Origin: an uncultured Pirellulales bacterium
GTDB lineage: Bacteria > Planctomycetota > Phycisphaerae > Sedimentisphaerales > Anaerobacaceae
Length of the DNA stretch: 64,000 nucleotides
Reading direction: 5' to 3'
Assembly (NCBI GenBank): GCA_964391985.1
Contig: CAYMOE010000008.1
Location: 19,090 to 83,089, forward strand
Within the stretch, counting starts at the first letter, position 1, and each line of letters opens with the position of its first letter. Shown piece by piece: positions 24,752 to 37,132 of the stretch. The position numbers and the translations under genes are program-made. The notes under the pieces are model-generated. The model was not told the origin of the DNA. It made no database searches and saw only the letters and a program-made list of their open reading frames with translations.

Positions 24752-27700
24752 TTATACATTAACCAGCTCTCGGATGGACAATTGTTTTCTCTGGCGAACC
24801 TGTTCCACAAACGCTTCGAGCCGAGTCGTCAAAGCCGGGTCCTCCTGTCCGTCGAAACTTATATTGAGTATCGGCATATCGCCGCAGTCTTGGCTGATTC
24901 GCTGGGTCTGCGTGCTGACGATTGTCGAAGGCATGCAGGTAAACGGCATAACATTAACAACTCCGCCGCATCCATGATGATGGTGCTCGACCATTTTTCC
25001 GACGCTAAGCACCGCTTCGCCTTCGAAGCTGTCGTGCAGATAAGGCCTCGCCAAATCAAAAATATGCTCGACAGGCTCTTCGACAAGCGGGCCGAATTTC
25101 TTTTCCAGAGGTTTGGCAAGAGATGTTTCATAATAATTCTGGAAGTAATTCTGTGCTATATTATTTATCCATACACTGTATAAACCTCTGCGTTTTGCCA
25201 ATCTCCTTCTTGTTACATTGGTATAATAAACCCACTCAGCCAGCGAAGCCAAATCGCAAGCGGCTCCGAGCGATTCAAGACGTTCGATGATATTTGAGTT
25301 GGCAAAAGGATGGCTGCGAACATAAATTTCGCCGACGATTCCGATTTTCGGTTTTTTCAAAGTATAATCGAGCTTAAGCTCGGCAAAATCCTCGGCTATC
25401 GAAGCCATTAACCCGATTTTACGCTTGAAGGGCATCTTTTTCTCGACAGCATCGATGTACCTTTTGAGCGACCTATCATAAACCTGCTGCACCTGCGCAC
25501 GATTTTTAGCAAAAGGCCTGACCCGCAAAAGCAGTTTATATAAAATATCCACTCCGACGGAAGAAATCCAAAGGTCTTTCATTAAAGACCACTCGCCTGT
25601 ACCATTCATAGAATCTTTAAACTGGGCATAAAAACGGTCGTCCTGATTCGGCGATATAATCGGTATCTCCGGAGCCCCTGCGTACTTGAGGATTAACCTA
25701 TGCATACAGTTATACATCCCGAACCGGCACGGCCCAGAACCGCCGGGCATAAAGAAAGCAAGTCTGTCCGGCCCTTGTGATTCGATGAGTTTAATCATAT
25801 CTCCTGTGGTTATCGCGCATGGCAGACACTCTTTTCCGGTAGTAAATCTTCTGCCTTTTACCAAAGCATCTTCGTCTGCCATAGGAATAACTTCTGAAGA
25901 CTGACCGTAAGACCTGAAACATGCAGCCAAAGCATAGGAACAATCGCCCATATACGGGATATAAAGCGTCCGATTCTTGCTTACCGAACTGCACCACATC
26001 GGTATAGCTTTTTCAGGCGGAGACTGCCTGCTCGAATCATAATGTTTGAGACTTTCCAGAAACGCCTCAAGGCGGGTTATGACACCTGCATCAGCCGAAT
26101 GTTCGTCAAGCTCGAGCTGCAGACACGGCTTGTCACCCATAATATCTTTGAAGAAAGTCATAAGGAACGAATCGGGCCCGCAGCTGAAATTTGAAAGATA
26201 AATCGCGAATAATCGCCGGTCATTTTTAATGATTTCCGCAGCCCGCAGAATTTTCTGGCCGTAACTCCAATAAACTTCTTTGTGCAGCTTTTCATCGCTT
26301 AATTTGGCTTTGCTAAAATCGAGCATTTCCATGGGTATAACATCGACCCCAAGCTCGGCGAGTTTCTTTGGAAGCTGCAAGTTGACCTGCTCGTCGCAGC
26401 CGTTATACGGACGCGACACAAGAACAAATAATCTCTTGTCGGCAGGCAGATTATCCATTATTCGCCGGCCTTCTTCGCGCAGAGAGTTTTCGAATTGGCG
26501 CTGGGCTTTTAACGCACGGCTAAGAGGTTCCCGTACCAATTTTTTAGATATACCTAAATCTTCCGCCAGCGCTTCGAAGCTTTTTTGGATAAGTTTAGGG
26601 CCTTCGCCAAGCCTGATGGGTGTTGTAATTATTTTTGTTCTTCCGAGCTTATCGGCAAAAGCGCTTTTTACCTGATAACCGAACGACTGTACATAAGGGC
26701 AAAGCTGATTATGTTGATTTTCCGGAAAATTCATCGTCATAGAAACAATGCTCGGAACAAATATATAATCAGGCTGCTTATCAAGAAGCTCATTTATATG
26801 ACCGTATGCAACCTTCACAGGATAACAAGTTTGTGCGGTTACAGTCTCCACGCCGCGGCGTATTATTCGTTTGTCACTAACAGGCGAAATAATAACATCA
26901 AAACCAAGCTCTTTTAAAAACGTGCTGAATAACGGCAGCATCTGCCATACTGCTAATGCACGCGGAATCCCGATTTTAACCGGGCCGGACGGTTTAGATC
27001 CGCCCGAAAAAACCTGCGCGTTTTCAAGCATCGCGGTATTTCTAAATTTAAAAGCTTCGCCGGCACTAATCTGTCCTGTCTTTTTCTTGAGATTATACCT
27101 GTCGCAGCGCGAACCGTAATAAAGCGGCTCGCAGTCAGGGAGCTGCACCTTCTTAATTTCGCATGTATTTGAACAATGCTCACAGGTAAAAGATTCGACC
27201 GTGTAATTTATATTTACAAGATTATCAAAGCCGCGGAATCGCGATTCAGCCAGTTTGGATTTTTCCGCGGCAACTTTGTTCATATGTTCAGCTGCAATCG
27301 AAGCGGCTCCCAGCGCACCTGTTACTTCGTGATGATCCGGAACCATAATCGGTTTTCCGGTAATTATCTCGAAAGCCGCCCAAACAGCTTTATTAAAAGC
27401 AGTTCCGCCTTGGAAACAGATATTATTTCCGATTTTTCTTCTTCCGACAACTCGATTAAGATAGTTGGTAACAATCGAATAGCTCAGCCCCGCAACAAGG
27501 TCGGATGTTTGAGCTCCCTGCTGCTGATAACTTAAAAGGTCGGACTCCATAAAAACCGTACATCTTTCGCCCAATTTAATAGGCGATTTACTCTGAAAAG
27601 CAAGATTGGCAAACTCGTTATTGATGCTTATCCCAAGCCGCTGTGCCTGTTCTTCGAGAAACGAACCTGTTCCGGCGGCGCAGGCATGATTCATTTCAAA

Positions 27701-29104
27701 ATCAACAACAACTCCGTTTTCCAATGAAATATATTTGCTGTCCTGTCCGCCGATTTCAAAAATAGTGTCCACTTTAGGATTTACAATAGCCGCCCCGGCA
27801 GCTTGGGCGGTAATTTCATTTATAACGGTATCAGCTCCGATGAAATCACCGGTAAGGTATCGTCCCGAACCGGTAGTAGCCGCACCTAAGATATTCACTT
27901 TCCCAGAAACCGTCTTGGCTACCATATTTAATCCTTGTCGAACCGCTTCAAGCGGCCGTCCGGCTGTCATTAAATATGCCTTGGCAAGAACCCTCTTGCG
28001 GCGGTCCATAACAACAACGTTAGTGCTGATAGACCCGACATCAACACCGAGATAAGCGTCTATGGGTTTATCAGCCTTTGCTAAAAGCTCGTCATAAACT
28101 TTGCTTGCAGGCGGCGGCAAAACAGGTTTTTTCAGCGGTTCTCGCCGAGGGGCCTGCTTCAGCGCCGAGCCGTGTTTTAAAAGATAATCCTCCAGCTTTT
28201 TAAAGTTAACTTGGCAGGACGGGTTCGATTTGCTTTGTGAAACCAGCAACGCTCCGATAGCTCCGGTAAAGAAATACTCCTTTGGTACAACCAGCCCGCC
28301 TTGTTCAAGCTCGAATACCTCTTCCAAAGCCCTCACCACTCCGATATTCGCAGCCACTCCGCCTGTAAATATTATAGGTTTTACAAAATCTCTGCCCGAG
28401 CCGAGATTGCTTTTGAGATTCCTCGCCAGCGCAAGGCAAAGCCCCGCAAGAATATCATGGGTCGGAGTCGCCTGCTGCTGCAGGTGAATCATATCGCTTT
28501 TTGCGAACACCGAACAGCGCCCGGCCATTCGGGGCACATTTTTGCTCTTTGAAGCCATTTCCCCGAACTCATTTTCAATATTAATACCAAGCCGCTCAGC
28601 TTGCTGGTCAAGAAATGAACCGGTACCGGCAGCGCAAACAGTATTCAAGGCGAAATCTTTTATTCGAAATTGCCCATCTTCACGTATTAGAAAAATAAGC
28701 TTGGTGTCCTGGCCGCCCATTTCAATAACAGTAGCCTGTTCGAAATTGGGATATAAATGGGCAATCGCACGGGCTTGAGCTGAAACTTCGTTAATAAAGG
28801 GGATTTGTAATATCTGGGCAACCAGACGGCCCGCTGAACCGGTAGCGCAGGCGTGTTTTATCTTATTAACGGGAAATTTTTCCTGAAGAAGCACTATTTG
28901 CTCCGCGACTGTCTCTATAGGCTTGCCTTTTGTGCGGCGATAATCTGAAAATATCACTTCATTCGAATCATTAAGTACAACAATATCGCTGCTTGTCGAA
29001 CCAACATCTATGCCGAGCCGGAGATTTGGAGAATCCTTCACAAAATCCGGCTTACGACTTTTTGGCGTCCCTATAGTTTTTTCGCTATTTATTTCGCCGT
29101 GCAT
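24752..29104 (-). CDS. Giant fusion protein: two BcrAD/BadFG-type (2-hydroxyacyl-CoA dehydratase activase-like) ATPase domains plus C-terminal activase-associated domains
   Basis: 1450 aa. It contains two actin-fold ATPase modules (GIDVGSTSSDIVV..., GVDVGSISTNVVV...), each followed by C-A-A-G-T-G-S-F-L-type segments (CAAGTGSFLDQQA, CAAGTGSFLEEQA). A Cys-rich linker (CEHCSNTCE...GSRCDRY) and a long C-terminal region follow. Confidence 0.8.
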   Translation of the reverse strand: MHGEINSEKTIGTPKSRKPDFVKDSPNLRLGIDVGSTSSDIVVLNDSNEVIFSDYRRTKGKPIETVAEQIVLLQEKFPVNKIKHACATGSAGRLVAQILQIPFINEVSAQARAIAHLYPNFEQATVIEMGGQDTKLIFLIREDGQFRIKDFALNTVCAAGTGSFLDQQAERLGINIENEFGEMASKSKNVPRMAGRCSVFAKSDMIHLQQQATPTHDILAGLCLALARNLKSNLGSGRDFVKPIIFTGGVAANIGVVRALEEVFELEQGGLVVPKEYFFTGAIGALLVSQSKSNPSCQVNFKKLEDYLLKHGSALKQAPRREPLKKPVLPPPASKVYDELLAKADKPIDAYLGVDVGSISTNVVVMDRRKRVLAKAYLMTAGRPLEAVRQGLNMVAKTVSGKVNILGAATTGSGRYLTGDFIGADTVINEITAQAAGAAIVNPKVDTIFEIGGQDSKYISLENGVVVDFEMNHACAAGTGSFLEEQAQRLGISINNEFANLAFQSKSPIKLGERCTVFMESDLLSYQQQGAQTSDLVAGLSYSIVTNYLNRVVGRRKIGNNICFQGGTAFNKAVWAAFEIITGKPIMVPDHHEVTGALGAASIAAEHMNKVAAEKSKLAESRFRGFDNLVNINYTVESFTCEHCSNTCEIKKVQLPDCEPLYYGSRCDRYNLKKKTGQISAGEAFKFRNTAMLENAQVFSGGSKPSGPVKIGIPRALAVWQMLPLFSTFLKELGFDVIISPVSDKRIIRRGVETVTAQTCYPVKVAYGHINELLDKQPDYIFVPSIVSMTMNFPENQHNQLCPYVQSFGYQVKSAFADKLGRTKIITTPIRLGEGPKLIQKSFEALAEDLGISKKLVREPLSRALKAQRQFENSLREEGRRIMDNLPADKRLFVLVSRPYNGCDEQVNLQLPKKLAELGVDVIPMEMLDFSKAKLSDEKLHKEVYWSYGQKILRAAEIIKNDRRLFAIYLSNFSCGPDSFLMTFFKDIMGDKPCLQLELDEHSADAGVITRLEAFLESLKHYDSSRQSPPEKAIPMWCSSVSKNRTLYIPYMGDCSYALAACFRSYGQSSEVIPMADEDALVKGRRFTTGKECLPCAITTGDMIKLIESQGPDRLAFFMPGGSGPCRFGMYNCMHRLILKYAGAPEIPIISPNQDDRFYAQFKDSMNGTGEWSLMKDLWISSVGVDILYKLLLRVRPFAKNRAQVQQVYDRSLKRYIDAVEKKMPFKRKIGLMASIAEDFAELKLDYTLKKPKIGIVGEIYVRSHPFANSNIIERLESLGAACDLASLAEWVYYTNVTRRRLAKRRGLYSVWINNIAQNYFQNYYETSLAKPLEKKFGPLVEEPVEHIFDLARPYLHDSFEGEAVLSVGKMVEHHHHGCGGVVNVMPFTCMPSTIVSTQTQRISQDCGDMPILNISFDGQEDPALTTRLEAFVEQVRQRKQLSIRELVNV

Positions 29105-29747
29105 TTTTCCTCCATGTCATCCAAGATATTTAAAACAAGGTTCACAATTCTAATCCGTACTAACTAAAATTTCCAGCATTTTTACCCTGACAATATGTCA
29201 CATATGATAAACTTGTTCATTTTTAGCAAAGAGATACATATTTGAATAATTAATATATATACTATATACCTACTAACAGACTTGTCAAGCAGATTTTTAA
29301 ATTATTTTTTAAGACCGCCATTAATCAAAACTGTTGAAAACCTGTTAAAGAATGTGTTTCTAACTCCAGATCAGTATTGAAAATCGAACAGAGACGACAA
29401 AAACACAGCGGGCGACGGGAACATCAACAAGTAAAGTAACAGCTTATCCACAAGCGGCGGGGTGACTTTATATGCCGCAAGTTTTTATTTTCAAAAGACT
29501 TCGGTTAAATGGTATTTATAAAACTAAAAGATCCAACGTGCATAAGACTACTACTATTTTATAAAGTATTATAAAAATATAAGTCTATCGGTTGGAAACA
29601 GGGAATTCACACTAAACACATTGCATGAAGAACACTGTTTTTGGTGAAAAGTGATTGTAGTACGAGATATTTTGCGGTACACTAAACGGCTGTTTTAGAA
29701 AGCAGGAAGATTTAATTAGCTTACACTTTATTTTCAGGGGCATTGAA
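29105..29747. other. Candidate chromosomal replication origin (oriC) region upstream of dnaN
   Basis: This is a 643-bp non-coding region containing one perfect DnaA box and a strongly AT-rich tract, roughly 29221-29330 (TATTTGAATAATTAATATATATACTATATAC...). It precedes dnaN-dciA-gyrB. About 26 kb of almost exclusively plus-strand genes follow it, while the immediately preceding large gene is on the minus strand. Confidence 0.35.
29444..29452 (+). promoter_or_regulatory. Perfect consensus DnaA box TTATCCACA
   Basis: An exact 9-mer TTATCCACA was read at 29444-29452. The other CACA-containing 9-mers in the region have at least 2 mismatches to TTWTNCACA. Confidence 0.5.
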
Positions 29748-30854
29748 ATGAAAGTAGAATTTAATAGAGCAGCACTTCTCGAAGCCTTAGGGCTTGTATC
29801 CTCTGTAGTTCCATCGAGAACTCCCAAGCCGATACTTCGCTGTGTGAAGATTTGGGCAGGCGATAAAGATGTAAGGATCTCAGCGACAGACCTTGAGGTA
29901 GGAATTAATTATGTTATCTCAGAAGTGTCGGTCGCCGAAAAAGGCGAGACCGTAGTGCCGGCGGACAGACTTTCAGCAATCGTTCGTGAAAGCGCAGATG
30001 ATATATTGCAGATAAAAGCTTCTGACGGTAAATGTGAAGTAATCGGCTCGGACAGCCATTTTACTGTTTATGGTCAGGATTCGACAGGTTTTCCGGCTGT
30101 ACCTTGCTTCGACGGCAAAGCAGATATTGAAGTTTCCCTTGTTAATCTTAGAAGCGCAATCGAACAATGCCTTTTCGCCACTGCAAAAGAAAGTACGCGT
30201 TACGCCTTGAACGGTGTGCTTTGGGAAGCAAAAGCCAAGAAATTAGCTTTGGTAGCTACTGACGGCAGGCGTTTGGCTCGGGTGCGCGTAGGGCTGGCAT
30301 CGGCAGCATCTGAAAAAATCACTGCTGCAAAGATTATTGTGCCGGCGAAAACGATGGCTTTGATTGACAAAATTGCAGGCTCGGAAAAAGACATCGTATC
30401 GATTAAGCAGGTTGATAATCAGATTTTAGTCAACTGCGGAAATGTAGATATAAGCTCAAGTTTAGTTGAGGGAAGCTTCCCGAAATACGAGGATATTATT
30501 CCGTCGGATTATCAGAACAAACTGAGTCTGCCTACCGAAGCCGCGTTAAGTGCGGTAAGACGGGCGGCATTGCTGACAAGTGAAGAATCACGGGGCATTA
30601 AGATGCAGCTTGGAAAAAATAAACTTATTATAACCGGACGAGCCCCTGAAGCCGGCGATGCACAGGTCGATATGGTGGTTGATTATAAAGGACAAGCGAT
30701 AGAAATCGGTTTCAATCCGCAATTTATAATTGACGTGCTCAGGGTGATAAAAGAATCGACTTTTGAGATGGAGTTCGGCGATGCCGAAAGGCCCGGGCTG
30801 ATAAAAAGCGGAAATGATTTTCTTTATGTTCTTATGCCGATAAATCTGGGCTGA
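29748..30854 (+). CDS. dnaN: DNA polymerase III beta sliding clamp
   Basis: 368 aa beginning MKVEFNRAALLEAL, with a three-domain clamp length and the segments ...LVATDGRRLA... and ...FNPQFIIDVL.... Confidence 0.95.
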   Translation: MKVEFNRAALLEALGLVSSVVPSRTPKPILRCVKIWAGDKDVRISATDLEVGINYVISEVSVAEKGETVVPADRLSAIVRESADDILQIKASDGKCEVIGSDSHFTVYGQDSTGFPAVPCFDGKADIEVSLVNLRSAIEQCLFATAKESTRYALNGVLWEAKAKKLALVATDGRRLARVRVGLASAASEKITAAKIIVPAKTMALIDKIAGSEKDIVSIKQVDNQILVNCGNVDISSSLVEGSFPKYEDIIPSDYQNKLSLPTEAALSAVRRAALLTSEESRGIKMQLGKNKLIITGRAPEAGDAQVDMVVDYKGQAIEIGFNPQFIIDVLRVIKESTFEMEFGDAERPGLIKSGNDFLYVLMPINLG

Positions 30855-30858
30855 GCTT

Positions 30859-31191
30859 GTGCAATACGAATCACTACAAAATAAAACAGATGATGCGGAC
30901 AACAATAAACTTGGCAGTGCTTTGGCGGATTATTTGAAGTATAAAATAGAGCCCAAACGAAAACAATGGATGGTTTTAAGTGAGATTTGGGGCGATGTAA
31001 TCCCGGAAAAACTCAAGGAATATTGTGAAATGGGAGATTTAGAGGGCGGGGTTTTGACCGTAAAGGTCGATTCGCAGGCGTATGCTAACGAGATAAGATT
31101 GATAAGCAGGGATTTGATGAATAATATCAGGAATAAGACAGGGATTTTAAAAATAACAAAGATAAGAACAGAACTGCGGCAAGGAAGGTAG
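30859..31191 (+). CDS. dciA: DUF721/DciA-family protein (putative replicative helicase operator)
   Basis: 110 aa with a GTG start. Its position between dnaN and gyrB, and the GVLTVKVDSQAYANEIRL segment, match the DUF721 pattern (g.L.v.v.s...a.el). Confidence 0.7.
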   Translation: MQYESLQNKTDDADNNKLGSALADYLKYKIEPKRKQWMVLSEIWGDVIPEKLKEYCEMGDLEGGVLTVKVDSQAYANEIRLISRDLMNNIRNKTGILKITKIRTELRQGR

Positions 31192-33654
<2,463 letters not shown>

Positions 33655-33679
33655 TGATTGGGGATGGGGGTAAGATAAA

Positions 33680-34870
33680 ATGAAAACACATAGCCTTGCG
33701 ATGATGATTGTAACGGCCTTGGTTTTTCTTTCGGCCGGTTTGGCTTGGGCAGATACCTTCACGGAAATGCAAACCAAAGAAGTGCTGCATGGCTATGCTA
33801 CAGGGGAATATGAAAACGGCAGAGCTGTTGTTATGACCGCTCAAAAAGGACGAGTTACATTAAATCTGGCGCAATGGCAGGTATCTCGTGACAGAAAAGG
33901 CAGAAACAACAAGGTTTTTGTTTTTAGTATAGACGGCGGGATTATGTATGAAATCGAAACAGCCGCTTTCGAACAAGCTCTCAAACAGGCCGCAAGTCAG
34001 GGGCCGCTTTTTATATTGATTGAAATCGATACTCCGGGCGGAAGAATCGACCTTGCCAGAAGGATTTGTGCGGCTATCAGCGATATTAGCAATTGCCAAA
34101 TTATCGGATATGTCAAATCGGGTGAAAACGGCGGCGCCTTATCCGCAGGAGCTGCGGTATCTTTTGCCTGCAATCAGCTTTATATGGCGTCGGATACTGT
34201 AATCGGAGCTGCGACGATGATTACAGCACAAGCTGAAACAATGAAAAAAGCTTACGGCGATAAAGTAGGTGAAAAATTCGACTCGGCTTGGCGGGCGATG
34301 CTTGCTTCGATGGCGGAGAAAAATGCAAGGCCCGGCATATTAGCAAGAGCTATGGTTGACAGCGACTTAGAGGTAATCGAAGTCGAATACAACACAAAAA
34401 GATGGTTCATCGAGCCGATTAATAAAAGAGATGATATGAAGATGATTAAAAGCTGGAGCACAAAAGGCTCGCTTTTGACTTTAACCGCTGCCGAAGCTCA
34501 GGCTTGCGGCATAACCGACGGAGTAGTCGAATCGAGAGAAGAGCTGTTTAAATTATTGGATGCTCAAAATGTCGAAATAATCGAGGACAGGTCTATTAGC
34601 GATGCTCGAACCGAGTTATCAAGAGCAGAGGGACAGCTCGGACGGATTAGAAAAAGCGTGGATTTAAAAGTAAAACAATCGCAAAACCCGATGTATCAGG
34701 CGGAAGCTTTAAGAATGCTTCGGGAAGCAAGAGCAGAATTTAGGACGCTGATAAATCTCGCAAGAAAATATCCGGACCTGCAGCTCGATATAATAGGACT
34801 CGAAAACGAACTTAATTCGATAGAAGCTGCTTACCAGAATATTAAGAAGCAGTCAGCCAGACGAAGATAA
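33680..34870 (+). CDS. Secreted NfeD/ClpP-class serine-protease-like protein with C-terminal coiled coil
   Basis: 396 aa with a signal peptide. LILIEIDTPGGRID and GGALSAGAAVSFACNQLYMASDTVIGAAT match the ClpP-class/NfeD blocks (IdTPGG; aaSAGa...MAp.t.iGAA). Confidence 0.6.
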   Translation: MKTHSLAMMIVTALVFLSAGLAWADTFTEMQTKEVLHGYATGEYENGRAVVMTAQKGRVTLNLAQWQVSRDRKGRNNKVFVFSIDGGIMYEIETAAFEQALKQAASQGPLFILIEIDTPGGRIDLARRICAAISDISNCQIIGYVKSGENGGALSAGAAVSFACNQLYMASDTVIGAATMITAQAETMKKAYGDKVGEKFDSAWRAMLASMAEKNARPGILARAMVDSDLEVIEVEYNTKRWFIEPINKRDDMKMIKSWSTKGSLLTLTAAEAQACGITDGVVESREELFKLLDAQNVEIIEDRSISDARTELSRAEGQLGRIRKSVDLKVKQSQNPMYQAEALRMLREARAEFRTLINLARKYPDLQLDIIGLENELNSIEAAYQNIKKQSARRR

Positions 34871-34897
34871 ACATTTAACTTCGGGGAGCAGATAGGC

Positions 34898-36124
34898 GTG
34901 TTCATCAAGTCGTTTACATATATGCTGGTTTTTACTTGCCTTGTTTTTGCTGCTTCAGGCGATACGTTTATTAACAAAACCACAGGCGAAACCCTTAATG
35001 GGTATATTACTGAATATCGAAGTGATAAAAAAATTGCGGTTTATATAAAAAACCAAGGCGATAGGAATCTGGTTGCGGAGGATTGGGTTGTTTTGCCTAA
35101 TCGCCTCGGCCGGCAAAATACTGTGGTAATTATTCTTATACAGGGAAGGTTGGATTTACAGATAGTCTGTGATGCTCTTGTTGAGACGATTAACAAAGCC
35201 TGTCAAGCGGGCCCGGCGCAGGTTATCCTCGAGATAGATTCACCCGGAGGCAAGACTCAATATATAGAACGGCTTTGCGATGTCATAATAAGAACAAACT
35301 TTTGCCCTATTGCCGCTTACATTAAATCCGGTGAACATCGCGGAGCCGCCGGCGGAGCGACTGCGATAGCTCTTGCCTGTGACCAGATATATATGGCTGG
35401 CGATACCATAATCGGGGCATCAGCTATAATCCGCAGGGACAGCAGTATCAGCCAAGATTCGCCGTTGGCAGATTACCAAAATCTTAGTATCGCTTGGCAG
35501 GAATATCTGTTCCGTATCGCCGAATACCGAAATCGACCCGGACTTATAGCAAGGGCTATGGTTGACCAAGATATTGCAGTTATCGAGGTTATCCGTAATG
35601 GAAAGCCTGTTTTTATAGGACCAGACGAAAAAGAGCCTAACGATTTATTCATAAAGAATTGGTCGGATAAAGGTTCATTATTAACCCTGACCGCCGCAGA
35701 AGCCCGAAAATGCAGGATTGCCGAAGCGGTAGTTGTTGACAGGACAGACCTTCTGCAGAAACTCGATTTGGCCGAAGCCCAGCTGATTGTAAAAGATGAC
35801 GCCCTCGAAGCAGCCAGAACTTTTAGAAAAGCACAGTTGAAATTCGCAAGTCTCAGGCGGCGGCTCGATGCGGACATTAAAAGGCTTGAGCTTACGGACA
35901 GCCTGCCTCACGCGATGAATCTTTTGCGAGAGGTTAAAGAACAATATAAATCACTTCATTTGCTTGCCAGAAGATACCCCGATTTGTATTTGGATATCGA
36001 ATTAATTGAAGAACAGCTTACCGCTGCTGAAGATTATTACGAAAAAGCCAAAGAAAAACAGAGAGCACAGGATTCCAACAGTCCGAGGAGTCATGCGGAT
36101 AAAAATCAAAATTTTCAAAAGTAA
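34898..36124 (+). CDS. Paralog of the preceding NfeD/ClpP-class protein, apparently lacking the catalytic Ser
   Basis: 408 aa with a GTG start, collinear with the upstream paralog (VILEIDSPGGKTQ; RNRPGLIARAMVDQD; GSLLTLTAAEA; RRYPDLYLDI). The Ser block reads RGAAGGATAIALACDQIYMAGDTIIGASA. Confidence 0.55.
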   Translation: MFIKSFTYMLVFTCLVFAASGDTFINKTTGETLNGYITEYRSDKKIAVYIKNQGDRNLVAEDWVVLPNRLGRQNTVVIILIQGRLDLQIVCDALVETINKACQAGPAQVILEIDSPGGKTQYIERLCDVIIRTNFCPIAAYIKSGEHRGAAGGATAIALACDQIYMAGDTIIGASAIIRRDSSISQDSPLADYQNLSIAWQEYLFRIAEYRNRPGLIARAMVDQDIAVIEVIRNGKPVFIGPDEKEPNDLFIKNWSDKGSLLTLTAAEARKCRIAEAVVVDRTDLLQKLDLAEAQLIVKDDALEAARTFRKAQLKFASLRRRLDADIKRLELTDSLPHAMNLLREVKEQYKSLHLLARRYPDLYLDIELIEEQLTAAEDYYEKAKEKQRAQDSNSPRSHADKNQNFQK

Positions 36125-36264
36125 ATTAAAAAAATTTATATTTTGCTTGAAAAGATTTTAGCTGCGCGTCAGAATACCGCAAATGGAAGTTTTTGATTTG
36201 CGCAATTGGAAGTTTGATATGCCTGAAAACACAAAGGAATCAAAGCAGGTAACGGAGGCGCAAA

Positions 36265-36930
36265 ATGGCGGGTAAAATAAAAATCATCTTTACAATATTT
36301 TTATTGTCAGCGGTATTTATTTCCGGATGCGGTCGAAGTGCATCGCAGGAACAAAAAGAAATACCGGTAACGCGGTCTGAACAGGAACGGTCACGACTGC
36401 AAAGCAGAATAGACCAGAGATTCGAGAATCCGCAGGCACATTATCAGCTTGGTAAAAACTATCAGCGCGACGGGCTATGGTCTCAGGCACAGTATTCTTT
36501 CGAAAGAGCGATTACGTTTGACCCCGCCAATAGAGATGCACAAGCGGCTTTGGTTGCTGTCCTTTTGGCCAGCGGAGATACGAGAACTGCCGATGCCCGG
36601 TCGGATACTTATATAAGCAATGTATCAGGTTCGGCGGAAGAATCTTTCAAGTTAGGAATGGGTTTTCAAAAAGAAAGACTCGATGAGCTTGCATTGACAT
36701 GTTATCAGCAGGCTCTTAGGCTGGCGCCCAATAGCGCGAAGATTAACAGGCAGATAGGTTACTATTATCTCAGTAAACAGGATGGTGCCAGAGCGGGCGA
36801 GTATCTTTACAGAAGTTATCAATTGAACCGTAATCAGCCTGATGTTGCCGGTGAGCTCGGCAGGCTCGGAATTGATGTTACCGGTGCCATAACAAGCTCT
36901 TCCGAGACGAAAAGAATCGACAAGAATTAA
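36265..36930 (+). CDS. TPR-repeat lipoprotein
   Basis: 221 aa with the lipobox LLSAVFISGCG, followed by TPR-like repeats (AHYQLGKNYQRDGLWSQAQYSFERAITFDPAN...). Confidence 0.65.
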   Translation: MAGKIKIIFTIFLLSAVFISGCGRSASQEQKEIPVTRSEQERSRLQSRIDQRFENPQAHYQLGKNYQRDGLWSQAQYSFERAITFDPANRDAQAALVAVLLASGDTRTADARSDTYISNVSGSAEESFKLGMGFQKERLDELALTCYQQALRLAPNSAKINRQIGYYYLSKQDGARAGEYLYRSYQLNRNQPDVAGELGRLGIDVTGAITSSSETKRIDKN

Positions 36931-37132
36931 GACGCTTTTTTAAGCGGTATCGAATTTATTGATTATGACTCTATGGCCCTGTGGTGAACGGATTCGCCGC
37001 GGGGTTTTTTTATGGGGACGAATATTTGAATTTACTGTCGAATTGTATTTTAAAGCCGCCATTTGTGCAGGCTTAGCATTATGCTTGCCGATATATAAAT
37101 GAATAAAGCATAGTGCTGAAAGTCTATTTATT

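Noticed and set aside
24746-25183. A plus-strand 145-aa ORF, along with many other 60-130-aa ORFs, lying antisense within 24752-29104.
   Set aside because: They lie fully inside the 1450-aa activase-fusion gene, whose domain motifs are clear. The antisense products are low-complexity and match no family.
29105-29747. Additional DnaA-box-like 9-mers: TATGTCACA near 29196, GAATTCACA near 29603 and CTAAACACA near 29613.
   Set aside because: Each has at least 2 mismatches to TTWTNCACA. Only the box at 29444-29452 is a consensus match, so these are not counted as evidence.
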